Source: a virus
Lineage: Duplodnaviria; Heunggongvirae; Uroviricota; Caudoviricetes
Strand: one strand, 5' to 3'
Length of the DNA: 41,518 nucleotides
IMG/VR virus record: IMGVR_UViG_2802429248_000002
The position numbers and the translations under genes are program-made. The notes under the pieces were generated by a model, which worked only from the letters and a program-made list of their open reading frames with translations, ran no database searches and had not been told where the DNA came from. Of this stretch, positions 8,461-19,178 are shown piece by piece. How positions within the stretch are numbered: position 1 is the first letter of the stretch; every line of letters starts with the position of its first letter.

Positions 8461-8475
8461 GTGACATGTCACGAC

Positions 8476-8889
8476 TTATAAAGATGACTGATATTTTACA
8501 ACTCTGTTCATGGCATCTTTTTTCACCGAGCTGATATCAGTTCTTATTTTGGCTTCGTCATTACTGTTTATCATGCTATTAACTTTTTGCACTGACATGC
8601 CGTTTCTTTCAGCCATTGCACATACAGCAGCATCGTATGAAGAACTCGCTGCGATGGATATCACCTTGTTACACTCAAACACAGCACCTTCAGCAATATC
8701 AGATGCCGATGATGCTGGCTTGGTATAAGTCTTGACGTAGTGATCAATACAACTATCCTTCGCCGTCTTGGCAAGAGAAAAATCCATTTTAACTTTGTCG
8801 CAATATGCCTTATCAACACCGTCATAAACATCATAGGATGTCGAGCAAGCGGATATCAAAAATACCGATAACAGCAATAATTCCTTCAT
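8476..8889 (-). CDS. Phage-encoded lipoprotein (moron), candidate superinfection-exclusion or surface factor
   Basis: 137 aa; signal peptide MKELLLLSVFLISAC with lipobox; six further Cys; gene looks AT-rich by eye; tacked on 9 bp after the stop of the large internal virion protein gene. Confidence 0.55.
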   Translation of the reverse strand: MKELLLLSVFLISACSTSYDVYDGVDKAYCDKVKMDFSLAKTAKDSCIDHYVKTYTKPASSASDIAEGAVFECNKVISIAASSSYDAAVCAMAERNGMSVQKVNSMINSNDEAKIRTDISSVKKDAMNRVVKYQSSL

Positions 8890-8898
8890 TGTTGTTCC

Positions 8899-11373
8899 TT
8901 ATTGCGGAGTGACATCCTGAGGTCGCCACCAGTATGTCTGGTTAAACTCTTTCTTCGAACGTTGCTCCATTTTACGCAAATAGCCTGGTGAAAAATACTC
9001 CTGCATCTGGTTAAAGATCATATGATCGAGAGCCGCCTTCAAGTACCAGAGATTCGCACCTGGCATCAGCCCCTTCCCCAGCTTAACCAGATCACCACCA
9101 GTCTGCTCACTCTTCCCTTCCACAGCATTTAGCGGTATGCCCTGAGCTATCTTCACTACGTCATCAACCAGACCAGCTACCGGGCCAAGCATCGACGCCA
9201 GCGCGCCGCTCCCGTACCTAGTGTGGTCAGAGAAAAGAAAATCACCGTACAACCCAGCCCCGCCACCTTTTAAAAATGCATTTATCCAGAATTTAACCAT
9301 GTGGTCACCGGTCATTTCCTTTGGATTTCTCCCATTAATAAGATCAGTAATCTGCATGGAAAGAGCACCAAGCATGGTTGTGCTTGCTAAAAACGTTGCT
9401 ATATATGCTGCACGCCCACCAGCAGACGGCATACCCATAGCGCGTGACCAGTGACGCATAACAACCGAGATAGGGAACGATTTAAACAGGAAAACACTTC
9501 TCGTTAATTCACCTTTCCATGTTCCACGCTGAAGACCAGACCCTACGAACATCTGCTCACGTGCGCCCGGTGTAATAACAGCCATATCAACTTCTTCAGT
9601 TACGGCACCGAGCAGTTTACGCATTGCCTCAAATTTCACGCGTTCAGGCTCACCAAGATGTTTAACTGCTGAATCAGGGATACGCATAATGCTTTCCGGT
9701 GTCAGCATCGTATTATTACCGTTCCCCCAGTCCTCCTGTTGCGCCAGCTTCCATACGCTCCAGTCTGTGTCAGTAATCCCTTTACTTTTCAGGATACGAA
9801 AATCAGAGTCATCGAGGCTACGAAGGTCTGGTGTCCGTGACACTACTTCTCCCAGGCTTCCCATCATGGTTACGCCATAGGCGCGCTTGTGCGCATCTGA
9901 CCATGCTGTAAGCCCACTGGCACGCATTACCGCCGTTGCCGCCCAACGAGACACAGACGGCCCCATATTATCCATCGCCCAGCGGTTAACGCTGCCAAGT
10001 AGAGATTCCATCGCCAGGCCAGCGCGGCGCGCCCGCGCAAGCTCAGTACGGTTCGTTGGGTCCATAGCTTCAAGCTGGTTGCGAAATAACTGGTTCATTG
10101 GAAGGTTGGTAACCTTCGCAGACAGATACATGGTTCCAAGATCAGAGAACGATGACAGCAACGCGGATCCGAGTCTGCTGGCAACCAGCCAGTTGCGGAT
10201 ATTGTCAGACCATCGCGCGATGTGCGGATTCGCTACAGGCTGTGTTTTTCCGGAAATAAAGTTGTACAAGTTCTCTGTTTTGTTCGCCAGACGCTCGACG
10301 CTACCGGTTTTACTCGGGTTAGCTGTTGCCGTTTCTGCCTTAACCTGATCAAGAAGGGAGCGGAAAACATGATCGGGGTTTGGACCATATGTTTCCACCA
10401 GAGCAATATCTTTACTGATACCTTCCAAGTGACCGACCATGATTTCCCATAGAGAGCGATCACCATAAAGTTGTTGATATTGGAGATAGGAATCTGCATC
10501 TTTGAAATGTATCTGTCGTGATGCATTACCACGGTTAGCACGTGCGCCGGAAATTCGCATTCCGGTATCAGTAAGCTTATTCAGCCCACCAGTAGCGATC
10601 GTGTTATAAGCCTCTCCAAGAAATGCAGACAACTCGGCATCGTTCATCAGTTGTCCATCGGCTCGGGTATAATATTTGCGATCCAGCTTACCTATAACAT
10701 CGCCAACCCACTTATCCTTTGATACCGCCCCAACCTTTTCCATAGAATGATGTTGAGGGATCCCCCAGTTTTCGAGATAGCCAATGTCCCCACCAGCATC
10801 ATTAAACCGGCGGCGCAGCAGCTCTGTAACTTCTCTCCACGCCTTAGCACCTTTTCTTGCTTTAGCATTGCCAGTATTTTGCCCCCGCATTTCATATACC
10901 AGGTCACGTACGCCCGCTTCATCTTCAAACAGACCAAAAAAGCGAGGATCAACTGCTTCGAATGCCTCCTGCAATTGACTCAATGCATAATCACGGGTGG
11001 CTTTTGTTCTGGATTCAACAGAGAGGAAATTAGATTTACCGTCTGCATTAAAAGCTATAGTACGGTTAAGAGCTCCAAGTTTCCCATCAGCCCCTTGATA
11101 GCTATTGATAAATTTATCCAATCTCTGACGCGCGGCTATAGTGAGAGCCACACGACGTTTCTTTAATGCCGCTTCTCGCTGTAATTCTTCAGATGCCAAT
11201 TGTGCTGCTCGATATAGCCGCTCTGATTCGGAAAGTTGTCTCCACGACATCGGGTCATCACGAGCAATGGAGCGCATATTTCGATAAATGCGGTCTTCAA
11301 TGTTCTGTATTTCTCGCGCCGTTAACGTGCGCTGCGCCGCCTGCTGGACCGCTTGTATACATTCCTGTCTCAT
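8899..11373 (-). CDS. Large internal virion (core/ejection) protein, gp16-like by position
   Basis: 824 aa, last large ORF of the internal-protein series preceding the tailspike module; assignment by size and synteny only. Confidence 0.5.
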   Translation of the reverse strand: MRQECIQAVQQAAQRTLTAREIQNIEDRIYRNMRSIARDDPMSWRQLSESERLYRAAQLASEELQREAALKKRRVALTIAARQRLDKFINSYQGADGKLGALNRTIAFNADGKSNFLSVESRTKATRDYALSQLQEAFEAVDPRFFGLFEDEAGVRDLVYEMRGQNTGNAKARKGAKAWREVTELLRRRFNDAGGDIGYLENWGIPQHHSMEKVGAVSKDKWVGDVIGKLDRKYYTRADGQLMNDAELSAFLGEAYNTIATGGLNKLTDTGMRISGARANRGNASRQIHFKDADSYLQYQQLYGDRSLWEIMVGHLEGISKDIALVETYGPNPDHVFRSLLDQVKAETATANPSKTGSVERLANKTENLYNFISGKTQPVANPHIARWSDNIRNWLVASRLGSALLSSFSDLGTMYLSAKVTNLPMNQLFRNQLEAMDPTNRTELARARRAGLAMESLLGSVNRWAMDNMGPSVSRWAATAVMRASGLTAWSDAHKRAYGVTMMGSLGEVVSRTPDLRSLDDSDFRILKSKGITDTDWSVWKLAQQEDWGNGNNTMLTPESIMRIPDSAVKHLGEPERVKFEAMRKLLGAVTEEVDMAVITPGAREQMFVGSGLQRGTWKGELTRSVFLFKSFPISVVMRHWSRAMGMPSAGGRAAYIATFLASTTMLGALSMQITDLINGRNPKEMTGDHMVKFWINAFLKGGGAGLYGDFLFSDHTRYGSGALASMLGPVAGLVDDVVKIAQGIPLNAVEGKSEQTGGDLVKLGKGLMPGANLWYLKAALDHMIFNQMQEYFSPGYLRKMEQRSKKEFNQTYWWRPQDVTPQ

Positions 11374-11378
11374 TTAAT

Positions 11379-13181
11379 TTAACCTCTCAAGAAACACGCC
11401 ACAGCGACATCAAACAGGCTGGAATCCTGTATTGCCTGCTCACTTTCCCTGTTCGCTTCATCCAGTACTTCACGCGCGCTGCGCGATTGTGGATTACCAT
11501 CATCATCCAGCACGGTGATTATCATGTCCGGATATTCAAGCAGCGAGTCTTCAGCTATACGCAGATCAATATCTCCTGCCGGATCTGCCATCATTTTTTG
11601 TTCTGTCTGTTGCAATATCTTACCGGGCTCAAAAGGAGCTACTTCGTCTGGCGTCCTGACCTCTGCTGTTTTATAGAATGAAACAGCCTGAGCATTAAGT
11701 TCACTTTCTGCCTGCTGTCTCCGAGCCAGTTCTGCTCGAGCTTCAAAAAACTGACCGCCAGGCTCATGCGGTGCCAACGCGTTACGGGAAAATTCCAGGC
11801 GTTCTTGTGCCTGCCGGATTCGTTGGTCAATATCCCGAAGTCTGGCCTGTTTATCTGATCGAGCACGAGACAAAGCTTTACCGCTACCGGTTGGCTCTTC
11901 TGCAAGAATTTGTGCGCGCTGTTCAGTGAGATTTTCAATAATTCGTTGGCTATTAGCGATTTCAGACTGGTAAACCTGTCTATCGCCACGAGGCAAAAGC
12001 TGCGCAGCCTGTTCTTCAAGCAACCGATTTTCGATAGCGCGCGCCGTTACTCCATCATCTACAGATGACAGAGCCTCATTAACTGCCTGAGACAGCAGAT
12101 TCTTGCGCCCAGGAATTTCACTGAAAGATGCAGACTCAACAATGCTGGCTACGTCTACAGGTCTCCCCTGGCTAACATCAGACATGGCTTTTCGCAGAGC
12201 CTGAATGTGCGAATTACGCGAAAGCACGTTGATCGGCACGCCGGGAGCAATATCAATTTCAGCATGATGAGCGGCATTCGCCGCCAGTGCAGCATCGACA
12301 TCAACTGGTGAAAAATTTGGTGCGCTTGTAGACTCGCCGCGAGAGTTAATAAATCTGCCGACACCACCAAACGCCACCCCAAGAACAGCATCAATAGCAA
12401 TTGCCTGTCGATCCAACACATCATACTGGTTAGCCATTTCGCTATAGCCACCATCACGAAGCGTTTTTGCAGTAAGCCCACGCTGTGCCATACCGAACGC
12501 AATATTTGTACCTGCGGCATAGGCAATATCTGGCGTTGCACGTACTGCTGTTGCTGCGGCGCGTCGCACTGAACTTTCACCCGTCCGCGCAAGCTGAGCC
12601 GCCACACCTTCCGCCAGCGCACCACCAGCACGTAACCCGAGGCTCATAGGGATCAGTGTTCCGGCACCAGCAGTAATACCCTGCACTAATCCCGCTTCCT
12701 GCGCCGCCCTGAAATCAACCCCCTGTGCTGTCAGCCGTTCAAACTCAGAAAAACCCTGTAGCGAAGTTACCGCCGCTGCACCTCCGACCGGACCACCGAG
12801 CGTTGTACCGACAACAGCCTGCCCGCCCATATCGAACAACCCATAAAGAACCTGCCCGGCGGTTCCGGTTGTCGCGGCATCAGGCGTCAGCCGCTTAACC
12901 TGCTGCTCTGCTAGTTTTCTCTGCTCGGCAATGTATGAAACTGAAGTATCATTGAGCGAGGTGTTTTCGTTAATAAACTGAGCAATCGGGGATACGATTT
13001 TATCCATCCCTGCCCATAGCAACTGATCTGGCTTTGCCACCAGCCCGGAGTACAAACCAGACAATGCCGCTCCTACAGCATTGTCGAAAAAACCAACATC
13101 GCTGTTAAAGCCCGCTGGATTTGATGCTGCTTCGTCAAGTTGCTGATTCTGGTTTACTGGATTAAGGCCAAAGTAACTCAT
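11379..13181 (-). CDS. Internal virion protein (Ala/Gly-rich), function unknown
   Basis: 600 aa; Ala/Gly-rich central region; synteny between the gp15-like and gp16-like ORFs. Confidence 0.5.
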   Translation of the reverse strand: MSYFGLNPVNQNQQLDEAASNPAGFNSDVGFFDNAVGAALSGLYSGLVAKPDQLLWAGMDKIVSPIAQFINENTSLNDTSVSYIAEQRKLAEQQVKRLTPDAATTGTAGQVLYGLFDMGGQAVVGTTLGGPVGGAAAVTSLQGFSEFERLTAQGVDFRAAQEAGLVQGITAGAGTLIPMSLGLRAGGALAEGVAAQLARTGESSVRRAAATAVRATPDIAYAAGTNIAFGMAQRGLTAKTLRDGGYSEMANQYDVLDRQAIAIDAVLGVAFGGVGRFINSRGESTSAPNFSPVDVDAALAANAAHHAEIDIAPGVPINVLSRNSHIQALRKAMSDVSQGRPVDVASIVESASFSEIPGRKNLLSQAVNEALSSVDDGVTARAIENRLLEEQAAQLLPRGDRQVYQSEIANSQRIIENLTEQRAQILAEEPTGSGKALSRARSDKQARLRDIDQRIRQAQERLEFSRNALAPHEPGGQFFEARAELARRQQAESELNAQAVSFYKTAEVRTPDEVAPFEPGKILQQTEQKMMADPAGDIDLRIAEDSLLEYPDMIITVLDDDGNPQSRSAREVLDEANRESEQAIQDSSLFDVAVACFLRG

Positions 13182-15691
13182 TGCGGAATATCTCCGGAGA
13201 ATCTCTGACGCTTCTGTGTCAGATCAAGAACAACAGGAGAACCATCATCTTTCAGCAGATAACCAGTACCAAGTTTCACCAGGTACTGACTATCGCCGTA
13301 ACTTTGCAAACCATACTGACCAGGCGGTGTTTTTATCCCGGTGCCGACAACTTGTTCATTCCAAGCCTGATTAACCTGCTTATCGAATTGCTCTGCAGAC
13401 ATTCCCCACGGCAAAAGGACATTCCCCATTCCGTTATAGTCATGCACGCCACCTGTAGCTACGTTAACAGCCTGTTTCCAGATATCATTGTCAATTTCGC
13501 CTGATACCACGCCTTTTTTCGCCATCACACCAGCGTAATAATCCTTTGCGATCTCGTATGCCATTGATGCGCCCTGAGCGTCACCAGCAAATGCATCCTT
13601 CACCATGTCAGAAAACTCAAGGCGAAGATCAGCATCTTTAGGCATCGGAATACCTTTCGCATCATCAGTACCTTTACGAGCCGCCGCGCCAGCAAGAATT
13701 GTCTGCGCAGCGGTTTCAGGAGACACGGAAACATCCGGATTAAACCAGTTTTTTTCTGCCAAAATACCACCAGGCTTATCCATCAGTATCCCGGCAACGG
13801 CAGCAGATGGAGCGTTGGCACTGATCTGCTGTAGTGCTGACATATACACCTGCCCACCACCAGTGCTCTGCCTGATGGTATCGAGATATGCTGCCTGTTG
13901 GGAAACTGGAGCATCACGAAAGAAAACACCGATCTGATTGGCCTCGTCTTTGGAAAAGAACGTCAGTGGAGTGCCATATGACTTAGCAAGGTCACTGACC
14001 TGAGCGGCACGCAAGGCAACGCTCTGTCCAAAGTTATCCTTATTGCTCATGTCGATAGGCTTTGCCTGTCCGGAGGCAAGAGAGAACTGCACAGGATCCG
14101 ACTGCCGCTGCTTTATCACCTGATTTGCAGCCGAAACAACGTTGTCATAAAGAGTTGCGCGTGCCGCATACCCCTCCCCTGTATCACCAGTATCCGGGCG
14201 TAATTGCTCAACATATGCTGTAATGCTGCTTGTCGGCATGTTGCGGAAAGAGCCTATATACTGTCCGGCGATCTGCGTATTCTTAAACTCGGTATATCGC
14301 AGGTTTCCTTCTCTGACTCCATAAGCTGCAATAAAATCATCCTCACCAGGTGGGTTAGGAAATTCAATGCCACGCATATACGCAGCCGTCGCATCGCGAA
14401 CCCGGCTGTCGAGCATCGTTTTATATTCAGCCTGCTGTTGTCTGGCTAGTGCATCAGTCTGTCGCAACACGCTGGCCTGATCTGATTCACTTAAAGCATC
14501 GAACCAGGCTACACCGGTATAACGTTTATTTTTTGTCGGTAGCTGAGAAAGCCCCAGCGCAGCACTAACACCTGCAGTTAACTGCTGATCACTGTATGGC
14601 TGGCTACCGTTTTCATGATGGATAATGGCTGCACAAAGCGCCTTCAGGGTATCAGGATTTGATGCATCGAGAGGCTCATCAGCAGAAACGCCAAGTTGTT
14701 CGCACACTGCTTTGATATACGACATAGTGTCATTTTTATCAGTAGGCGGTGCCCAGCGATTAATTATCTCGCTGACGGTATCAATACCCTGCCGCTGATA
14801 CGACATCAGGTTCCGCCCTAATGCACGAATACCGTGTTCAGGGGTTTCGAATTTGGCAAAGCGACCATCATCACCAGTCTGCCCAACCCACGGATTAGTT
14901 TTGCTGTATTCAAGATTGCCGGGGTTATTGTTGCGTATACCGCGGGTACGATCGGAAGAGCCACTATCTGCTACAGCACGGCGAGAACCAGCAGCAGTAT
15001 CGCTTAACTCGCCGTTTTGCTGTCTTACCTGAAGATAGTTTGCTCCAATAGCATTTTGAGCAGTTGCTTTTGCTGTTGCTTCTTTAAACTCGATTTTCTT
15101 GGCCTGGATTTGCTCGTCACTCCAGCCATGTGCAATGCCGTAATCCTCAATTTGCTGGAAAGTTTGCTTATTAGCCAATACGTATGCGGCGTTGTCGCCA
15201 TACAATGCTGCGGCATTTTTACCATTGTTCAGCAGCGTCGCCTGAAACTGGCCTTCTTCGTAGGCATTTATTTGCCCTATCTCGTGCCGCCCGGCCTGCG
15301 TAGTGAACTGAATACGCTGCTGCTGCGCCTGCTGCATGAAAGCATTACGAGCCTGTTCATCCGGCAGCGACATAGCCAGTTGTTCGACCTGAGCATCAAA
15401 CTGCTGCGTATACTCCTGACCTTTTCCAATAGCATTTTTCCCTTTCAGGTTAAGCAAACCTGTTTCAGGGTTATTCAGCAGATCGCTGCTTATCTGGCTT
15501 AAGCTAAGAGAAGCATCCTGAGCCATAGCAACATTCGCACGCTGTTTTGCCTGCGCAATAATACCTGCATATTGCTCTGCAACATCGCCAAGTACATCAC
15601 CGACATTTGGTGTCTGAAACGATGAGAATCCCTGCGTCGAAATCCCTCTGCTTTGAACCTGACGGCCCGATGTTGTTGGTACAACTGGCAT
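13178..15691 (-). CDS. Internal virion protein, gp15-like by position
   Basis: 837 aa; overlapping stop/start with neighbours; contains a GIRNNNPGNLEY...FAKFETPEHGIRAL segment that may be a cell-wall-acting domain (uncertain). Confidence 0.5.
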   Translation of the reverse strand: MPVVPTTSGRQVQSRGISTQGFSSFQTPNVGDVLGDVAEQYAGIIAQAKQRANVAMAQDASLSLSQISSDLLNNPETGLLNLKGKNAIGKGQEYTQQFDAQVEQLAMSLPDEQARNAFMQQAQQQRIQFTTQAGRHEIGQINAYEEGQFQATLLNNGKNAAALYGDNAAYVLANKQTFQQIEDYGIAHGWSDEQIQAKKIEFKEATAKATAQNAIGANYLQVRQQNGELSDTAAGSRRAVADSGSSDRTRGIRNNNPGNLEYSKTNPWVGQTGDDGRFAKFETPEHGIRALGRNLMSYQRQGIDTVSEIINRWAPPTDKNDTMSYIKAVCEQLGVSADEPLDASNPDTLKALCAAIIHHENGSQPYSDQQLTAGVSAALGLSQLPTKNKRYTGVAWFDALSESDQASVLRQTDALARQQQAEYKTMLDSRVRDATAAYMRGIEFPNPPGEDDFIAAYGVREGNLRYTEFKNTQIAGQYIGSFRNMPTSSITAYVEQLRPDTGDTGEGYAARATLYDNVVSAANQVIKQRQSDPVQFSLASGQAKPIDMSNKDNFGQSVALRAAQVSDLAKSYGTPLTFFSKDEANQIGVFFRDAPVSQQAAYLDTIRQSTGGGQVYMSALQQISANAPSAAVAGILMDKPGGILAEKNWFNPDVSVSPETAAQTILAGAAARKGTDDAKGIPMPKDADLRLEFSDMVKDAFAGDAQGASMAYEIAKDYYAGVMAKKGVVSGEIDNDIWKQAVNVATGGVHDYNGMGNVLLPWGMSAEQFDKQVNQAWNEQVVGTGIKTPPGQYGLQSYGDSQYLVKLGTGYLLKDDGSPVVLDLTQKRQRFSGDIPQ

Positions 15692-15703
15692 CTTATTATC
15701 CCC

Positions 15704-16243
15704 TTATCGACCGGTTGGAGTGCCAACAGCAGCAGAAATCGGCGCAGCTTTCTGAGAGAACGGGCTCCACGTTCCGCCGCCCATCTGGTATGCACCGTAT
15801 GCTTTTAGTGGTGCCGTTAACAAAGTGCTGGTCATCGATGATTTAGCAGCCGACTGAGCAGCAGCCCCCTGTGCCTGAGCATTCATTCCCTGAACCTGAT
15901 ACCCATATGCCTCACGCTGAGCATTATTCACTGTCGTTAACGCATCAAGAGTGCCGAACTGAGCATTATCCGCAAAAACGTCAAGAGCTGTTCCGCTACT
16001 TAATTCCGCACCGGTAGCCCCCATAGTGGCCGCCGCAGTGCCTGAGCGTTGACGCATTTCACGACGACGCTGATCCGCTTCAATATTCCCACGATTGATT
16101 GAATCCTGTGCCTGAGCTTCAGCAATTTCAGCATTCCGATCAGCTATGGCTGACTGGTATTTTGCCTGCTTGCTCTGGCTGTACATTGACGCGGCTGTGG
16201 ATGCCACTGTGACGGCAACCAAAGCGATGGCTGGGTTACACAT
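15704..16243 (-). CDS. Internal virion protein, gp14-like by position
   Basis: 179 aa, Ala/Gln-rich, N-terminal hydrophobic segment; synteny. Confidence 0.45.
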   Translation of the reverse strand: MCNPAIALVAVTVASTAASMYSQSKQAKYQSAIADRNAEIAEAQAQDSINRGNIEADQRRREMRQRSGTAAATMGATGAELSSGTALDVFADNAQFGTLDALTTVNNAQREAYGYQVQGMNAQAQGAAAQSAAKSSMTSTLLTAPLKAYGAYQMGGGTWSPFSQKAAPISAAVGTPTGR

Positions 16244-16707
16244 TATTTTCTCTCCATGTGAAATCTGTGGAAATTAAGACCAAGAGCACCATAAGGCGCG
16301 GCTTCTTCAAGCCTGAATCCAAGCCAGTGCAGCCATGCTTTGGCAACATGGTTTCGCTCGTCGACGTAGTTTTCCAGGCGCGGATAAACTGCCAGCATCT
16401 GCTGCAATACAGGGCGGCAGTGGCGAAGAAATGTCTTCTGATATTTTTCAATACGGCTGGTTCCTACCAGCCAGGGCGTACCATTGCCACCGATCATTGA
16501 CGCCGGAGATACGCCAAACATGGTTACCAGTTCTCCGTTCGCAAATCCTGACCAGGCCATAGTCGCAGTACGCAGACCAACACGCAGCGCATCTTCGGTA
16601 GTCATCAGCGATACCGCATACAGTTCGTCAATATCAGCCTGACGAACATCCGGCAAAATCATCTGAAGATGCTCTTCGGTAGCGGGAATAATTTGAACGT
16701 CGATCAT
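16243..16707 (-). CDS. Hypothetical virion-associated protein (gp13-like position)
   Basis: 154 aa ORF coupled by start/stop overlap between the tail tubular B-like and gp14-like genes. Confidence 0.4.
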   Translation of the reverse strand: MIDVQIIPATEEHLQMILPDVRQADIDELYAVSLMTTEDALRVGLRTATMAWSGFANGELVTMFGVSPASMIGGNGTPWLVGTSRIEKYQKTFLRHCRPVLQQMLAVYPRLENYVDERNHVAKAWLHWLGFRLEEAAPYGALGLNFHRFHMERK

Positions 16708-19178
16708 CAGAATCCCCCAACAGTAAGGCGAGGAATAACGGCAAGAACAGACAGCGGCAACGGATCAAGCTGACGGATTTTTACACGTCCGTTTTTGCCC
16801 CAGTTACTGTCCAGTTTCACTTCTACTTTTCCGGTAGCATCATCAACAGGATCATCGTAGAACTCGAATTCACGCTGTGGATATTCGTACCATTTACCGC
16901 CGGGCGTAGTCGCCCAGATGCCGCGACTGGCATTCACAACCAGAGTAACGGAGGGGATCACCTGTTTTTTGTCCAGCAGCGTTTCCTGTCCGTTAATGTT
17001 GATATCCAGTGTTTCGAATTCAGCAGTTATTGGCAGGCCGATGTGCACTACAGCCCCCGGAGATTCCAGCGTGACGGCACCTCCGGAAACCACTTTCTGT
17101 GGTTCCACGTTCGCATCAGAGAGAATGTTTACGGTCTGGCCTTCAAGATGAGACAGGCCTCCAAATGTCCGGCGCGCCATCTGCCAGTTCGTGGTGGCCA
17201 CATTCCTGAGGGATGGCGGGACGTTCCTGTTAGCACGAACCACTACAGCGGTATTGCTGGTTACAGAAATAATGTCGCAACGTAATTCTTTTGACACTTC
17301 ATCGCCAGTATCAGGATCAGTTCCGGTATAAGGGAACTGTAGTTGCGCGCCGACATCACTACTGGTGAAGTACGCACCACCAGAAACACTGATTGTATAT
17401 TCCGCACGGTAATCCCATTCACCAGAACCACCAGTGATGGTCATCGTTCTGTCAGACGTATTTCTTCCATCATAGCTAAGGCCAGAATCAACAAAGAAAG
17501 CATCTTCATCGCTGGTAAATAAACGGCTGGACAGTCGCTCTATGTATCTCACTGTTTGCCCGTTAACGGTTCGGTTAACGACGAAATACACCGCATCTTC
17601 ATTGCCTTCGCTGATACTGCATGTGCTTTCATATTTTCCGGTACTGGATTGTGGTGCCCATGCAAAAACCTGCTGATCACGCAAATAGGTCATCACCAGT
17701 AATTTACCGTCATCACGAATGCAGAAGGCGCTGGAGTAAGGGACAATCGAGAAGCACCAGTCAACAATGCTGTGCTTCTGAAAAAGATGATTGGCAAGGA
17801 TGGTCAGGTCGTTCCCCTGATAGCCGTCAACATCGAATGAGTAGGCCAGATCACGGACAACACTGCCTTTCTCCTGGACGAACAGAGCAATATTCGCCAC
17901 GGCAATTGGTGGGACATTGCTCGAGCCATTTGATCCCTGAGAGCTGAATGCAAATGATGATGGGGTAAGCACTTTGTTCTGGTCGCCAGTGATGACGTAC
18001 TCACCTCCGGAAGTCAGCGCCACCAGCGAACCAACATCAATCAGGTGACGGATCTCATTAACCTGACGCCCGGCATAGGTGTAGATAATTCTGTCGTCAT
18101 CCTGCGTAGGATTGCTTTTGCCAAAATCCTTATAATCCCCGGTACGGCTGGCCCAGATAGTCTGAGGGAACGCAGTCGATGCGGCGAAGTAAAGGCGTTG
18201 TTGATAATAAACAACAGTGCCAGGATAACCGTTAATACTGTTCCAGGCATATTTAGCCCATTTATAGCTGGCATTATCCTCGCCAACTACCTGCGAAGGG
18301 ATATAGGAAATCACCTCGGCAGTTGCAGTAGTTCCATTTGCAGCAGAGATACGGGCAATGCCAAAACCACTGTGCAGATACTCCCACTCAATGCCGGTAT
18401 CATCATCACCGGATCCGCCCCAGCCATCCCATGATGTGCCTTCTGTATGCGAAGGGCGCAAAGTGCCTGTTTTGCCTGCTGTAACGGCGCGATAGTAGTT
18501 ACTGTCTGCACGGCGAATATCGCCAATCGACGTACTCTTACTGGTTTCCCATACCGGCACAGAATCCACTGCAGGCTGTTCCAGATAGAACAATTTGCCT
18601 ACCTGCTCCGCGCCAAAAATTGAGGCGCTTGCCGTTAACGTAATTGTCCCGGTGCTGGCGCTGGCATAAACCGTCACTGACTCGTCAATATTGATATCTT
18701 CAAATGGCCCGTTCTTCGTTACCACATCAACCAGTTGCCAGTTGTCATGCGCATAGCGGCGCAACTCTTTCGGCGGGTATGCCGGATGAACCAGCGTAAG
18801 CACGTCTGCGCTTTGCGTGAATTTAATTCGGAACAGATCGGCTTCAGTATATGGCGTGGCAATTTCATAAATAACATTGCTGCTATTCAGCACCAACGCA
18901 CCATCTTTGATAACGCGCATGTACTGGTGTCCGAACTCCAGAGCATAAGTCTGAACCGTCGAGAACTGGAACGGGATCAGGCGGCATTTCCGATTTGGGT
19001 ATTTGGCGGCACCGACAAAACGCGTACCAGGTCGATTCTCAACGCCGCCATACTGCCGCACGATAAAGTTATCGCACTTGCGCAATGCCACCTGGTACTT
19101 CGCCATGTCAATACGCCCGTACAACGACGGTCCAATCTCACCACCGGCAAAGCTGGGCTGGATCCAACTGATAGCCAT
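16707..19178 (-). CDS. Tail tubular protein B-like (nozzle)
   Basis: 823 aa; size and position after a ~200-aa tubular-A-like gene as in T7 gp11/gp12; weak N-terminal similarity from memory. Confidence 0.55.
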   Translation of the reverse strand: MAISWIQPSFAGGEIGPSLYGRIDMAKYQVALRKCDNFIVRQYGGVENRPGTRFVGAAKYPNRKCRLIPFQFSTVQTYALEFGHQYMRVIKDGALVLNSSNVIYEIATPYTEADLFRIKFTQSADVLTLVHPAYPPKELRRYAHDNWQLVDVVTKNGPFEDINIDESVTVYASASTGTITLTASASIFGAEQVGKLFYLEQPAVDSVPVWETSKSTSIGDIRRADSNYYRAVTAGKTGTLRPSHTEGTSWDGWGGSGDDDTGIEWEYLHSGFGIARISAANGTTATAEVISYIPSQVVGEDNASYKWAKYAWNSINGYPGTVVYYQQRLYFAASTAFPQTIWASRTGDYKDFGKSNPTQDDDRIIYTYAGRQVNEIRHLIDVGSLVALTSGGEYVITGDQNKVLTPSSFAFSSQGSNGSSNVPPIAVANIALFVQEKGSVVRDLAYSFDVDGYQGNDLTILANHLFQKHSIVDWCFSIVPYSSAFCIRDDGKLLVMTYLRDQQVFAWAPQSSTGKYESTCSISEGNEDAVYFVVNRTVNGQTVRYIERLSSRLFTSDEDAFFVDSGLSYDGRNTSDRTMTITGGSGEWDYRAEYTISVSGGAYFTSSDVGAQLQFPYTGTDPDTGDEVSKELRCDIISVTSNTAVVVRANRNVPPSLRNVATTNWQMARRTFGGLSHLEGQTVNILSDANVEPQKVVSGGAVTLESPGAVVHIGLPITAEFETLDININGQETLLDKKQVIPSVTLVVNASRGIWATTPGGKWYEYPQREFEFYDDPVDDATGKVEVKLDSNWGKNGRVKIRQLDPLPLSVLAVIPRLTVGGF

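Noticed and set aside
11639-12631. Overlapping track ORFs 11639-12019 (-) and 12155-12631 (-) inside the 600-aa internal protein gene
   Set aside because: Alternative frames of a long, well-supported ORF; composition is typical of frame-shifted GC-rich coding DNA.
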